Shown here one piece after another: positions 13,183 through 26,140 of a DNA stretch of 64,000 bases. A program made the position numbers and the translations under genes. The first letter of the stretch is position 1; each line of letters starts with the position of its first letter. A model generated the notes under the pieces. It was not told the origin of the DNA. It did no database searches and worked only from the letters and a program-made list of their open reading frames with translations. The stretch comes from Octopus vulgaris (Eukaryota), in the NCBI GenBank assembly GCA_951406725.2, contig OX597821.1, forward strand, positions 40,548,001-40,612,000, read 5' to 3'.

Positions 13183-13594
13183 ATAGGTGCAGGAGTGGCT
13201 GTGTGGTAAGTAGCTTGTTTACCAGCCACATGGTTCCGGGTTCAGTCCCACTGCATGGCACCTTGGGTAAGTGTCTTCTACTATAGCCTCGGGCAGACCA
13301 AAGCCTTGTGAGTGGATTTGGTAGACGGAAACTGAAAGAAGCCCGTCGTATATATGTATATATGTATATGCGTGTGTGTTTGTGTGTCTGTGTTTGTCCC
13401 CCTAGCATTGCTTGACAACCGATGCTGGTGTGTTTATGTCCCCGTTACTTAGCGGTTCGGCAAAAGAGACCGATAGAATAAGTACTGGGCTTACAAAAGA
13501 ATAAGTCCCGAGGTCGAGTTGCTCGATTAAAGGCGGTGCTCCAGCATGGCCGCAGTCAAATGACTGAAACAAGTAGAAGAGAGTAAAAGAGTAA
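13183..13594 (+). mobile_element. SINE family A, full length
   Basis: Reverse complement of 3376-3782 at high identity. Confidence 0.9.
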
Positions 13595-13697
13595 TATGTA
13601 TATATATATATGTATATGTATATATATACATATATATATATGTATCTATGTGTGTGCATATATATATATTTATATGTATGTATAATATATGTGTATG

Positions 13698-13742
<45 letters not shown>

Positions 13743-13794
13743 GTCTATGAAGTTGTGTTGCAAGAGTCCTGATTTGAAATCGTGTTGAAACAGA

Positions 13795-14421
13795 TGTTGT
13801 ATTTCAGGATGTTAATTTTTTTTTTGGGGGGGGGGGGCAAATAAACACACACACTATATACGTTTTTCTTCTTCACTTGTTTATTACTGTTGTTTTATTA
13901 TTCTAATACCTGTCCATTGTCCAGAAATCTTTCATTACACATCTGTGACCTCTTCAGTGACAGTTTTTCTTTACGTGTGTGTTCTTGCTCCACTTACTCC
14001 ATTCTGTTCTTCTAAGATCTGTATCCTTATGTGTGGCTGTGTTTGTGTCCTTGTTTGTGTGTGTGTGTGTCCATGTGTGTGTATGTGTGTGCTTATACAC
14101 ACTCATACACATACATACACACTCATACACACATACATGTGCACACATACACACACACACACACACAGACAAGGACACAAATGCATGCACACATAAGGAT
14201 ACACATCTTAGAAGAGCAGAATGGAGTAAGGGGAGCAAGAAAACACATGAAAATGAGAAAGTGTCACTGAAGAGGTCACAGATGTGTGACAAAAGATTTA
14301 CAGACGATAGACATAAGTCAAGATAATGAAATACGAACAGTAATAAACGAGTGAAGAAAAAATATATAGTGCATGTGTTTATTTGGCAAAAAAAAAAGAA
14401 AAAACACCCTGAAATACAACA
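13795..14421. mobile_element. Second fold-back element with decayed hammerhead-like motifs in both arms
   Basis: 13795-14070 is the diverged reverse complement of ~14150-14421; arms meet in (GT)n|(CA)n. TGTCA CTGAAGA GGTCAC AGATGT GT.. at 14262-14305 (+) and 13919-13963 (-). Confidence 0.75.
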
Positions 14422-14447
14422 ATATATATATGTATATATATAGATAC

Positions 14448-14494
<47 letters not shown>

Positions 14495-14644
14495 CATATA
14501 TATATATATTTATACATTTATTTATAGCAAACTGAGAGCATGTCCATCGCGGCGGGGTCATCTGGCCCAAGACGCCGGTGTATTATAGTGGCCGGTGCCA
14601 CTCACCCCGGGACAATGCCTCCCGGGATGTTCTGGTTATATATA

Positions 14645-14900
14645 TCATCATCATCATCATCATTATTGTTTAACGTCCGTTTTCCATGCTAGCATGGGTT
14701 GGACGGTTCGACTGGGGTCTGGGAAACCAGGAGGCTGCACAAGAGCTCCAGTCTAATCTGGCAGTGTTTCTACAGCTGGATGCCCTTCCTAACACCAGCC
14801 ACTCTGTGAGTGTAGTGGGTGCTTTTTACATGCCACTGGTACAGAGATCATAACTACAATTTCCATTTGATTTTGATTTTGATGTGCTTGACTCAATATA
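14645..14900 (-). mobile_element. Retroposon family C, one internal repeat unit
   Basis: Same 3' block and (CAT)n as 11023. Confidence 0.85.
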
Positions 14901-15115
14901 TATATCCACTTACAAGGCTTTGGGTGGATCAGTATCATAGTGGAAGACACTCAGCATGAAGTGGGCCAGAACCCAAAACCACAGGGTCACAAAATAAACT
15001 GCTCAACTACAAAGCCTTGTATTGTAGACATTTTTAAAATAATGAGCTTTTCTGTATAATGTAATTATACATTTCTATACATTATTCTATATATATATCA
15101 TCATCATCATCATCA

Positions 15116-15360
<245 letters not shown>

Positions 15361-15816
15361 CTATCAATATGATATATGTTCAAAATTAGATGAATGCTTT
15401 CAAGTTTGTATGTACTTATGGCTTCAGAATACACATATTTTTATCACGAGGATAAATGTTTCACATCGTAACATGTTTTCCACTAATTTAATAATCTAAG
15501 CATTGCTTATGGAGCACCATTTGAAGATTTCCTCTTCATATAGTGTAGCTAAGTTAGATTAGCCTAAAGCAACATTCGTGTTCATGGAAGAATTTGAATT
15601 CAATACTGCAGGCTACTGATAACCTCATCAATTACACTATAGCTACTGATGCTAACAACAGTGTGGATATACCAGTAGAAAGTACTAATTCATAACCAAA
15701 TGCAAGATACAATCTGATGGTTCAATGTGCATTGTTTGTGGACATACAACCAAGGGCAGGATGTGAACCTGAATCAATTTCATTAGTAATTTGATATACT
15801 ATCGACTAGATTATCT

Positions 15817-16370
15817 CATCTTCATCATCATCATCATCGTCGTCATCATCATCATCATCATCATCATCGTCGTCGTCGTCATCGTCATCATCATCATCAT
15901 CGTCGTCATCATCTTCATCATCATCGTCGTCGTCATCATCATCATCATCATCATCATCATCGTTATCATCGTCATCATCGTCATCATAATCATCATCATC
16001 AACATCATCATCATCATCATCATCATCATTATCGTCATCCTCATTGTCATCATAATCATCATCATCATTATCTTCATCATCATCATCATCATTATCATTA
16101 TCATCCTCATCATCATCATCATCCTCATTATCATCATCTTCATCATCATCATCATCATCATCATTATCATCGTCATCATCGTCGTCGTCATCATTATCAT
16201 CATCATCATCACTGGCGGTGGCGGCGGCGTTATCATCATCATCATCATCATCCTCATCCTCATCATCGTCGTCGTCATCATCACCATCATCATCCTCATC
16301 CTCATCCTCAGTAGCAGCAGCAACATCATCATCCTCACCAGCAGCAGTAGCAGCAGCATCATTATCATCA
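15817..16370. repeat. ~550-bp imperfect (ATC/GTC)n trinucleotide tract, the expanded tail of a family C retroposon (16370-16530)
   Basis: The triplet run is contiguous with the family C 3' end TTAACCACTGTGTTTTATGCTGGCATG. Confidence 0.9.
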
Positions 16371-17826
16371 CTTAACCACTGTGTTTTATGCTGGCATGTG
16401 TCAGATGGTTTGACAGGAGCCAACAGGTCTAAGTGCCTCACTGTCAACTTTAGCATGGTTTCTACAGCTGGACGCCCTTCCTAGTGCCAACTATTTCACG
16501 GCGCATTGGGTGCTTTTTTCAAGGTCCTGGCACTTGTATGGTTGCCTTGGAGGTGCAACTTTATGGTAGGAGATGAGGGATTAAAGTATGAGAGGAGGGA
16601 CCAGAGCAGAACAAGTTTCTTGTTGTAGAGGGACCACATGATTTCTCATATGTTAGAAGAGAGAGCGGAGGTGGTCATGGTTGAGAGCTGGGAAGAGATG
16701 AAAGTTGTGGTGATGAGGTGCCTCGGTGAACCCTCAAGAGTAAGAGGTGAGTGGGAGTGAGTGGTGCATAAAAACTTGGGCTGTGGATGAGTAGAGGCTG
16801 CAGGAGTGTTTGGGAGAGTGAGAGGTGGGGAATGGGTGAGGGGTTGAATATAATTAATGAAGAACAAGTGTTGAGTGGATGATGAGGCAAGTTGGGAAGA
16901 GTAGGTGACAACTGTAAAGATTAGATAGGGTTGAGGGGTGGATGTAGGGAATGGTGGGAAAGGGGTGGGGATAACTAAAGATGTGTTGGGGTGAAGATTA
17001 GTAGAATATAATAATGATAGAATGGATGAGGGAAAGAAGAGAGAGAGAGAGAGAGAGAGAGATGGTGTGGTCCGGTAAGTCACATGAGTTGGGGGGAGAG
17101 GCAGACATAGATTGTGAGGAGTGAGTGTCATGGTGGTGGCAAAGTTCCAGTATTTTATGATATTTCATAAGCAGCTAGCTTACTTAAAACTAACGAACTG
17201 TGGATTGGTTAAAACATGTACTTGGAAATATCCAATTTTTACATCAACTATTTGACTTGGAGACTATTCTAACAGTTTTAAACTGAAGGAAGATAAGGAG
17301 CACTAAGCTATTGTTTGTTGCTTCCAATGAAGCATCGTACCATCGTCTTCTCGTTGCTTCAAAGTTTCTTTCAGGCAGATGATTGTTATAGCAATTCCAG
17401 TGAGGTTTCATATTTTAAGGAAAGAAATAGTGAGAAATGTAATATTTGCACATGCTTTTCCCAAAGATATTATCAAGGTAAGGTAAATAGACTGGCATCA
17501 ACTGATGATTGAGATTGCATTTTGATATGGCATGAAAGTCTATAATTTATGGGAAGAATGAAAAGAGAAGGTCATAATCTTCCCAAGAGTGTTAGCAGCG
17601 TAACTATGTTTCTCCAAAACTAGTAAACAAAAATGTTGTCTGTTCAGTTCCTTGACAGGCTTAACCCTTCTTCAAAGATACTAATTCTTTTATGGAGGAA
17701 AAAAATGATTATTTTGAATAAGAAAAAGGTCAAATTTTGCCAAGTACTGTGTATGAACAAGTTAGCCTTAAAGGTTTACTAATATTTATTAATTTTAGAT
17801 TAGGCCCAGCAGAATAGGCATGTTAA

Positions 17827-18238
17827 CCCTTCGGCATTCAGATCTGTCGAATGTAATGTTTATTTATTTATGAATTAATCAAGCATTATTTCATAGCTTT
17901 GAGATTTTGATGATGAGAGTGTTTATTTGTCAGACGACATTGTAGGGTAGGTGTGAGAGGCCAGAAGGCGACGAGTTGGCAGAAATGTTAGCACGCTGGG
18001 TGAAATGCTTAGTGGTATTTCGTCTGTCGCTACGTTCTGAGTTCAAATTCTGCCAAGGTCAACTTTGCCTTTCATCCTTTTGGGGTCAATTAAATAAGTA
18101 CCAGTTACGCACCGAGGTCGATATAATCGACTTAATTTGTTTGTCTGTCCTTGTTTGTCCCCTCTGTGTGTAGCCCCTTGTGGGCAGTAAAGAAATAGGT
18201 GGGAGAGACCAGATATGGCCTATTTAGATGCTAAAGGA
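17827..18238. mobile_element. TTAA-flanked MITE (piggyBac-like) interrupted by a SINE B
   Basis: TTAA|CCCTTCGGCATTCA ... TAGATGCTAAAGGA|TTAA: imperfect TIRs with a TTAA target duplication. Confidence 0.65.
17966..18197 (+). mobile_element. tRNA-derived SINE family B (~235 bp)
   Basis: AGGCGACGAGTTGGCAGAA..GAGTTCAAATTC (B-box)..GCCTTTCATCCTTTTGGGGTC..TAGCCCCTTGTGGG..AAAGAAATA. TSD TAGGTGTGAGAGGCCAGA / TAGGTGGGAGAGACCAGA. Confidence 0.9.
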
Positions 18239-18559
18239 TTAAAGTAAACATTGACTGTTTTTGCTTTTTTTGTTTTTTGTTTTTGGTGAAACAAGTTACA
18301 AAATACTTCAAAGTAATGACTGGTGTGATTGATGGTGAATGAGTATGATTTAATATGACAGAGCAATTCTATTTCAATGCAGAGGTTTTTACCCTCTACT
18401 GCTATATACACACAACTGTTTGCTTTCCTTCCTTATCTCTCCCTGCTCCCTCTCTTTATATCTCTCCTTCTCTCTCTTTCTCTCCCTTTCTTCTTTCACC
18501 ACAGTGAAACTACCCTCCTCACTGCCAATGAGCCATAAATCTCTTTTGAGCGCTACTCA

Positions 18560-19710
18560 AGTCTCAAGATTTTTGTTAATTGTACAAGACAACAGTTCAT
18601 CATTCAATTCAAAATGAAAATTCAGTTCGACGAAGACTGTGTTTCTCACCACTATTATCACATTCCTTTCCTTGTTCTTACTGAGACTCACCTCAACAAC
18701 TCTCACTTGGAAGCTGAAATAAGGAATTATACCAATCTCTTTACTACCCACAAGGGGCTAAACACAGAGGACAAACAAGGACAGACAAATGGATTAAGTC
18801 GATTACATCGACCCCAGTGTGTAACTGGTACTTAATTTATTGACCCTGAAAGGATGTAAGGCAAAGTTGACCTCGGCGGAATTTGAACTCAACGTAACAG
18901 CAGACGAAATACGGCTACGCATTTTGCCCGGCGTGCTAATGTTTCTGCCAGCTCACCTTATTATTATTATTTTTTTTTTTTGCCATCACAGTGGATCTTG
19001 TATAAGGAATTATACCACCATTCATGCTGACCACACCAGTAGAAGAAAGCAAGAAATAGCTATTTTCCTGTGCAACTCATTTAGTGCAGATACAAATATC
19101 TCTCTCACCAATGGCTTCTGTAGATCAGTATCTGCATGCAACAAAACTAAAATAACTGTCAAAAACAGCATAAGCTGGAGTGCCTACATAAACAACAAAG
19201 TCAACATGGGCCGCATGGCATGTTCCTGGATTCTCAGGACATTTTGGTCCAGAGACACTCCTACATATAAGGTGGCGAGCTGGCAGAATCGTTAGCACGC
19301 CGGGTGAAATGCTTAGCTGTATTTCATCTGCCACTACGCTCTGAGTTCAAATTCCACCGAGGTCAACTTTGCCTTTCATCCTTTTGGGGTCGATAAATTA
19401 AGTACCAGTTATGCACTGGGGTCGATGCAATCGACTTAATCCGTTGGTCTGTCCTTGTTTGTCTCCTCTGTGTTTAGCCCCTTGTGGGAAATAAAGAAAC
19501 CAGAGACACTTCTACAATTATCCTTCTCCACCTTTGCCTGTCTGCTGTAGTCTCACAACCTGAAACAAGGTATTATAAAAATTGAAGCAACCCAGAGATT
19601 GATCACAAAGAAAATAGATAGTGTGACAAGTCTTGACTCAATAGGATCATCTCAAGAAACTCAATCTTTATTCCCTCCAACATCATCGCGTGCACTGTAT
19701 CATTTGAATG
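18560..19710 (+). mobile_element. Internally deleted CR1-like LINE remnant with two nested SINE B insertions
   Basis: APE motif FLVLTETHLNNSHLEAEI, then KVNMGRMACSWILRTFWSRD (RT tail). SINEs at ~18736-18958(-) with TSD TAAGGAATTATACCA and at 19269-19499(+) with TSD CCAGAGACACT[C/T]CTACA. Confidence 0.7.
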
Positions 19711-19711
19711 A

Positions 19712-20110
19712 TACTCTTTTTACTCTTTTACTTGTTTCAGTCATTTGACTGCGGCCATGCTGGAGCACCGCCTTTAGTCAAGCAAATCAACACCAGGACT
19801 TATTCTTTGTAAGCCTAGTACTTATTCTATCGGTAACTTTTGCCGAACCACTAAGTTTCAGGGATGTAAACACACCAGCATCGGTTGTCAAGCGATACTG
19901 GGGGGACAAACACAGACACACAAACATATATATATACATATATACGACAGGCTTCTTTCAGTTTCCGTCTCCCAAATCCACTCACAAGGCTTTGGTCGGC
20001 CCGAGACTATAGTAGAAGACACTTGCCCAAGGTACCCCACAGTGGGAATGAACCCAGAACCATGTGGTTCGCAAGCAAGCTACTTACCTCACAGCCACTC
20101 CTGCACCTAT
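19712..20110 (-). mobile_element. SINE family A, full length
   Basis: High identity to 3376-3782. Confidence 0.9.
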
Positions 20111-20139
20111 GATATGGAAAATATTCTAACAGCACTACC

Positions 20140-21247
20140 CAAATGATGTGGGCATCTACTTTAAAATACATCCAGTGCTTGGTCTCTGTCCATCCTCTAC
20201 AAAAGTCATGTTTGCATTACATCACAGCACTAAGTCAGAACTATTTTACCTCATGTGTACAGAAGTGGGCAATTGAATTAAGGAGAGGAAGGGAGAGTCT
20301 TGATGATGCCCCAAGATCTGGATGTCCTGCAACTACCACCACCAAGGAAATCATTGATTGTGTTCACCACATGGTAAGAGATGACAGGCAATTCACTGTA
20401 AATCAAATAACCAATGCTATCAGCATTTCCCATGAGAGAGTTGAGATATTCTGCACGATGAACTTGGCATGATGTGTGTTTCTGCTCGGTGGGTACCATG
20501 TCTTCTGACACCTGATCAAAAGCACATCAGTCGGATCCCATCACAAGAAAATCTGACATTGTTTGAGGCGGTTCCATCTGGTTTCTTTGGACATTTCTTA
20601 AGCCAGGATGAGTTTTGTCTTCGTCACTTTGAGCCAGAGACAAAGTGATAATTCATACAATGAAAACACCTCACCTGCTCTAAAAAAAAGCCAAGGCTGT
20701 TTCAACTGCAGGGAAATTTATGGCCTCAGCTTTTGGGGATGCAAAAGGCACTGTGTTTGTTGACTATCTTGAAAAGGACCATAGCATCAGTGGAGAGTAC
20801 TATGCCAACTTGCTGAGGCAGTTATGGTAGGCTAACAGGAGCAAATGGCCAGGAAAACGGATGAAAAGCATTTTGTTTCATCAGGACATTGCTCTAACAC
20901 AGAAGTCCTTCATTTGAATAGTTTCTGTGCATGACTGTGGGTTTGAACTGGTTGATCACATTCCTTTTCTCCTGATTTTGTCCCCTCTAACTATCATATA
21001 TTTCCCAAAATGAAAAGACACTTGGCTGGGAACCAGTATCGCAGTGATAATGATGTGATATCTGTTGGTGATGACTGTTTTGATCAATAAGATGAAAGGT
21101 TGTTCACCAATGGGATTCAAGCACTGCAACAATGATGGAAGAAGTGTGTAGATCACAAGGGGGACTATATTGAAAAATAAACCTCATTTGGTCTCATTCC
21201 ATGAGAGTATCTTGGTCAGCCTTTGAGCTTTTCAACCAAAACTTCTA
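20140..21247 (+). mobile_element. Mariner (DD34D) transposase pseudogene
   Basis: RGRESLDDAPRSGCP, ARWVPCLLTPDQK (WVPHEL-like), SQDE..HFEPETK, AGKFMASAF, LFHQD, PFSPDFVPSNYHIFPKMK (YSPDL-like) and WKKCVDHKGDYIEK* ending at 21180; many stops and frameshifts. Confidence 0.93.
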
Positions 21248-21299
21248 AACAAACAAATTATATAACAGTCACATCTTTACAGCTGTTTCAGATAAGCAA

Positions 21300-24200
21300 A
21301 TGACTGGTGCCATAATCACATATATAATCTAATAAAATTCCATAATATTGTTGGCGTATGGAATTTGTATATACCATAATATGTGTGTCCTATGTTTACT
21401 TCTTTTACCCCTCTCTTAAATTTCTCTCTCATTCTCTTCTTCCTTTTTTCTTATACAATTTTCTTAATTGACAACTTAAATTTTTTATGGTGAACTTCCA
21501 TTCTATCCAGTTCTCTCTTCTACTTATCACATTTCTTTATATTCCTTTTATTTCTTGGTGAACCGTACTTATCTGACAATCTAATTCTGCTTCATGTGTT
21601 AATATTTAGTTGATGGACAATTAAATTGTAATAAATAAAACATTATAATATTTAATAGTAACTTTACAAACAGAAGTTAGTAACAAACTAAAATTGATAA
21701 AATGAAGTTTAGATTTAAAACTTACATAATTAAATTCCAAGAACTGAATATATTACACGTAATCAGAAAAATGTATGCAGCACTTTTGAAATTGGTTAAG
21801 AAGAATGTTTGGAAATAAATGTTGGCTGTACTGGAATATTTCAATATTGATGAAAAACTTGGGCTATTTTTGTAGAACAGCAGCTAATCTATAAAAAATC
21901 CAAGAACTACTGCACTGATTTGCTTGAGAATCTTGATATCTGAAATGATTAAATATACCATTATGCACTGAAAATATTGCATTCCAACCTTTTTCAATAT
22001 TGTGCATAATAATAATTTAATATTCCTTATTATTAAGTTATTAACATTTTGTTTATGAAGAATATCTCTGAGACTGGTGATGCCTTTTGTTGGCTTGTAA
22101 TATACTCGAAATGGAAGCATTACATCATCATATTCCATTTTAGGCTTTGATTTGCTTTTGCTCCTTTGTTTTGTATTTTTCTTACCTGTAGAATTGTATT
22201 TTGAAGTTCTCTCCATATATCCAGCTTTTCATAAAAAGTAAAGTAGAAATTTCAACTTTCATATAAAAAAAAAAAATACATAATTTCATTAACTATATTA
22301 CAATATTGTATTTTTGGCAAATAAATTTAGTTAACTTGAGAAATTGTCAGAAAAATAATCAAACTGAACATTTTCTTTTTATGCTTTTTTTTTTATCTTT
22401 GTAATTAATCCACTGAAGAATGGTAGCACCATGACTCCCAAAGATCTTCTCAGAAGATGTATATTTTTTTGAGTGTAAATAAATACAAAATATGTGGGTA
22501 CTGTTTCAAAACAAAGTAGCATTTACCCATGGCTGGACAATGTTTTACTACTTGAAAACCATTGACATTTTCGTTGTAGAAGGCCCAGGAACTGAAAGAA
22601 TATTTCAAATGTGAACCCAAAACATTGAGATAGGAAGAGTAAACACACAGCTTTCTTAAAATACCACTTTGCATGTAAATATATCTGGTATTGTGACTAT
22701 AAGGCGGCGAGCTGGCAGAAACGTTAGCACACCGGGCGAAATGCTTAGCGGTATTTCGTCTGCGTTACGTTGTGAGTTCAAATTCCGCCGAGGTCGACTT
22801 TGCCTTTCATCCTTTCGAGGTCGATAAATTAAGTACCAGTTACGCACTGGGGTCGATGTAATCGACTTAATACCTATGTCTGTCCTTGTTTGTCCCCTCT
22901 GTGTTTAGCCCCTTGTGGGTAATAAAGAAATAGGTATTGTGACTATAATTATAAACAAGTATTGATAAAGTGGACGAGGTGTTGAGAACCCCTTTGAATA
23001 AACCAATGAAGGATGCGAGTGTGAAGTACAATATTTGATGTAGGTTGATATCCGACATGTTAGCCTTTGCATTTGGCCAGATTAGTGTGGGTAAAGAGAT
23101 AAAAATTATATATATTTTTTTCTGTTTCTTTAATTTGTATTGTTACAATCTCTTGTACATCCTTTGAAATCAGTTATGGCAGTTGAAATCACAAAGAATT
23201 TTTAACTTCAAATTAAATACAGGTGAGAATCATCAAAGTAAGTTGAGATTTGGCTGAGGGAGTTTGGGATGCAGTAAAGCAAGTTACAGATCTTTGAAGT
23301 GTTAAAAAAACGAAACTATTATCCAAAATAATCATACATCTTTCTTCTTGTTGTCCAAGGTAAAAAAAAAGAAAATTTTTATGTGAGTAGCCTCAGTGCA
23401 AACTTTCTATATTGAGAGGAATTGTTGTCAAGGTGGATCCGAAACAGATGGGTTGAGGATTAAAGTTGTAATATTACTGTCTCACTCAGTGAAAGTGGAT
23501 AAAATTTCTCATTCCAAACCCTGGGAGAACATGTATCATATTGACAGAAAGATACAATTCTTGCCAACTGAACAATCAGATAATCAATAATCTAATCAAT
23601 CAATGTTAGTATCCTAAAATAGTGTAAAAAAAAATCAAATTATTGAACAATCAAAAGCATTTTTTTTTTAAATTAAAGATTTGGCTTCAAAATACCAGGA
23701 GAGACTCAAAATGTGAATGACCTTTGAGGCCAAACTAGTGACTCATCGTCTTGATTAATAGTAAAATTGTGTTGTAAAATGTGTTATAAGTGTTATATTG
23801 GCATCGTTTATGAGACGTATTTGATCTGAATGGAAAGATTACAGATAGAGATAAGTCAGTGATAAAGAGAGCCTGTTGAAAAAGTTTGCAAGTAATAACA
23901 AAATCCTGAAGGCAGGAATAAAGATGTTTTAAATCAGAAAATACAGACAAAGGAATTTGGAAAAATTATGGTGAAAAATACAAAAGAAGGGAACAAAAAG
24001 AATACATTATAAAGCAATAAATCTTGTCTCAAATTAGAATCTCTGTAGAGAGATGTGAATGATGAAATACCTTGGAGAATATGTCAGCATTTATCAAACG
24101 GCAAATTAAATTTAGTTTCCAAATCTTTTGCTTACATTTTTATTGAGTTTAATCTATTTTTGATATAAATTATTTTCCTTTGGAAATTAAACAGTTATAA

Positions 24201-24400
24201 AAGAAGAAACAATAGAAGACATAGTAAAACTAAGAAATTCAATATTTTTACAGCAATGTAGGTACCATGACATATTGGTAGCTCCATTCATGCAGAGATA
24301 TAGCATTTTCTGTAATATCTTACAAGGTGGTATTATTGCACACGTCTTCATGCAGCATCTATACAACAACAAGACTAAAAAAAAAAAAAGAAAGAAATAC
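21300..24400 (-). pseudogene. Decayed coding-like block of unknown identity
   Basis: Microsatellite-free stretch with serial minus-strand ORFs (24471-24187, 23950-23735, 22216-21884) and a 148-codon frame restored by excising the SINE at 22703-22948. Confidence 0.35.
22701..22934 (+). mobile_element. SINE family B, young copy
   Basis: Perfect 16-bp TSD GGTATTGTGACTATAA (22687-22702 / 22933-22948). Confidence 0.95.
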
Positions 24401-25779
24401 TTGTATTTCTTTATTAAACTTAATAAATTTTCAATTGATGACATATTTAAAATGAACAAAGTTAGATTCATCTGTTCAATTTAATATGAAGACTGAAATT
24501 AATTTATTTTAGGATTTTCTATTCTATACCATTCTTCTTCAATTTCTTGTTATTAAATAATATTTTGAATAGTTCAGTCACTAGTCAGCCTCTCTTGCAG
24601 TGTACATCAATGCTCATGAATACACACACACACACACACACATGCAAGAGAGATTCGCGTATAAATATGCAATAAGCCATGCTAAGATATAGTTAATTTA
24701 CGATAATATGCTCAGTTGCCTAGGGAATGAAATGCAGGTTAGCCAGTAAGTCTGGGTATTTAATACGTTCAAAAGGCACTCAACAGGATTATGTATAGGG
24801 ATTAGCCATGAATACTACCAGGTTATCTTGGGAATTACAACTCTCATTGAATTAATGGAGACCCCAGGTCAAACGAAGATAGGATATATTTGTCTATAAT
24901 GCAATAAATTAATATCAACTCTAACCTTACATTAGATTCCTCTCCTTTCTTTCTAAATTCTAATGTATGTTTACATTTTCTATGTTAGGACAAGATTACA
25001 GAAGAATTTTAAGTTCAGATTAATCGTCTCGTTTAAAGAGCCCCATATCTACTTCATTTAACATTCAGAATGTATGTGGATCTGACAAATTACAGAAGCC
25101 TATGAAGTGGTGCTTAGCCCTAGGTCACTAAAGTTAAATAGATAAGAGATGATAGATGAATATTCCTCTGCACAACATGTCTGTATACTGCAGTATATAT
25201 AACAGTCCCAAAAGATCTGTAACGTGTTTCTGCCAGGTATATTATAGAAAATAAAGTATTCTGCTGAAAGATATAAGAAACCACCTGCAGAAAATGTAAT
25301 TTCACAGGTAGGAAGCTAGTAGACCAATAATTTATCATAAGAAGTGAAGAATAATGGATAGGTGACTGAATTATAAATTCAAATGTCAGGAGTTCAAATC
25401 TGCTGTAGATATGGCATGGTATATCTAGGATACAATACTTAGTTGTATCCAGTTCAGTTTAGCAGGATTTGAGGGGAGGGTAATTCATCTTAAATGCCTC
25501 CCACCCTCCATGATAGACCAGCATTTTGTTCAAAGTTCATCTCTCATTTACTTAATACCATAAACTAGAGTTGAGAGCCATCATTAACAATCCCACACTG
25601 CTTATCAAGCATCTATATTTGTTATAATTCCTTCACTCTGCCATTCTATTTTAAAAACATGTATTTTAGGTTCAATATCTAAGAAAAAAATAAGCAGAAT
25701 CTGATCGTTAAATGTCTTATCCAATCATCCAGAACAATATGTAACGTTTATGGATCACATAAATCATTGAATCATAAGG

Positions 25780-26140
25780 TTATTATGAATAATCTGTAAC
25801 GACATTAGGATATGATCTGTAAGGACATGAGAGAATAACCTGTAAGGACATGAGGGAATAACCTGTAAGGACATGAGTGAATAACCTGTAGGATCATTAG
25901 GGAATGATCTGTTAAGTCATTAGGGAATGATCAGAAATGTCATTAGTGAATGGTCTGTAAGGTCATGAGTGAATGGTGTGTAAGGTCATTAGGGAATGAT
26001 TTGTAAGATAATTAGAGAATAATCTGCAAGGTCATTCGAGAATAATCTGCAAGGTCATTAGAGAATAATCTTTAATGTCATTAGTGAATGATTTGTGAGG
26101 TCATTAAAGATTGATTTGTAAGGTCATTAGGGAATGATCA
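25780..26140. repeat. 23-bp minisatellite, about 15 units
   Basis: Consensus TCTGTAAGGTCATTAGGGAATGA repeated head to tail with divergence. Confidence 0.9.

Noticed and set aside
15806-16456. 216-aa poly-Asp ORF resembling acidic biomineralisation proteins
   Set aside because: It starts inside a family C retroposon and is simply that element's expanded (GAT)n tail; all frames are open and there is no signal peptide.
21780-22060. Faint resemblance (HNGI, AVVLG) to CatSper auxiliary-subunit C-termini
   Set aside because: Only a few residues, spread over different frames; not supportable without a profile search.
25780-26140. 23-bp repeat as a CRISPR array or coding repeat
   Set aside because: Head-to-tail units with no spacers; the length is not a multiple of three and stops are frequent.
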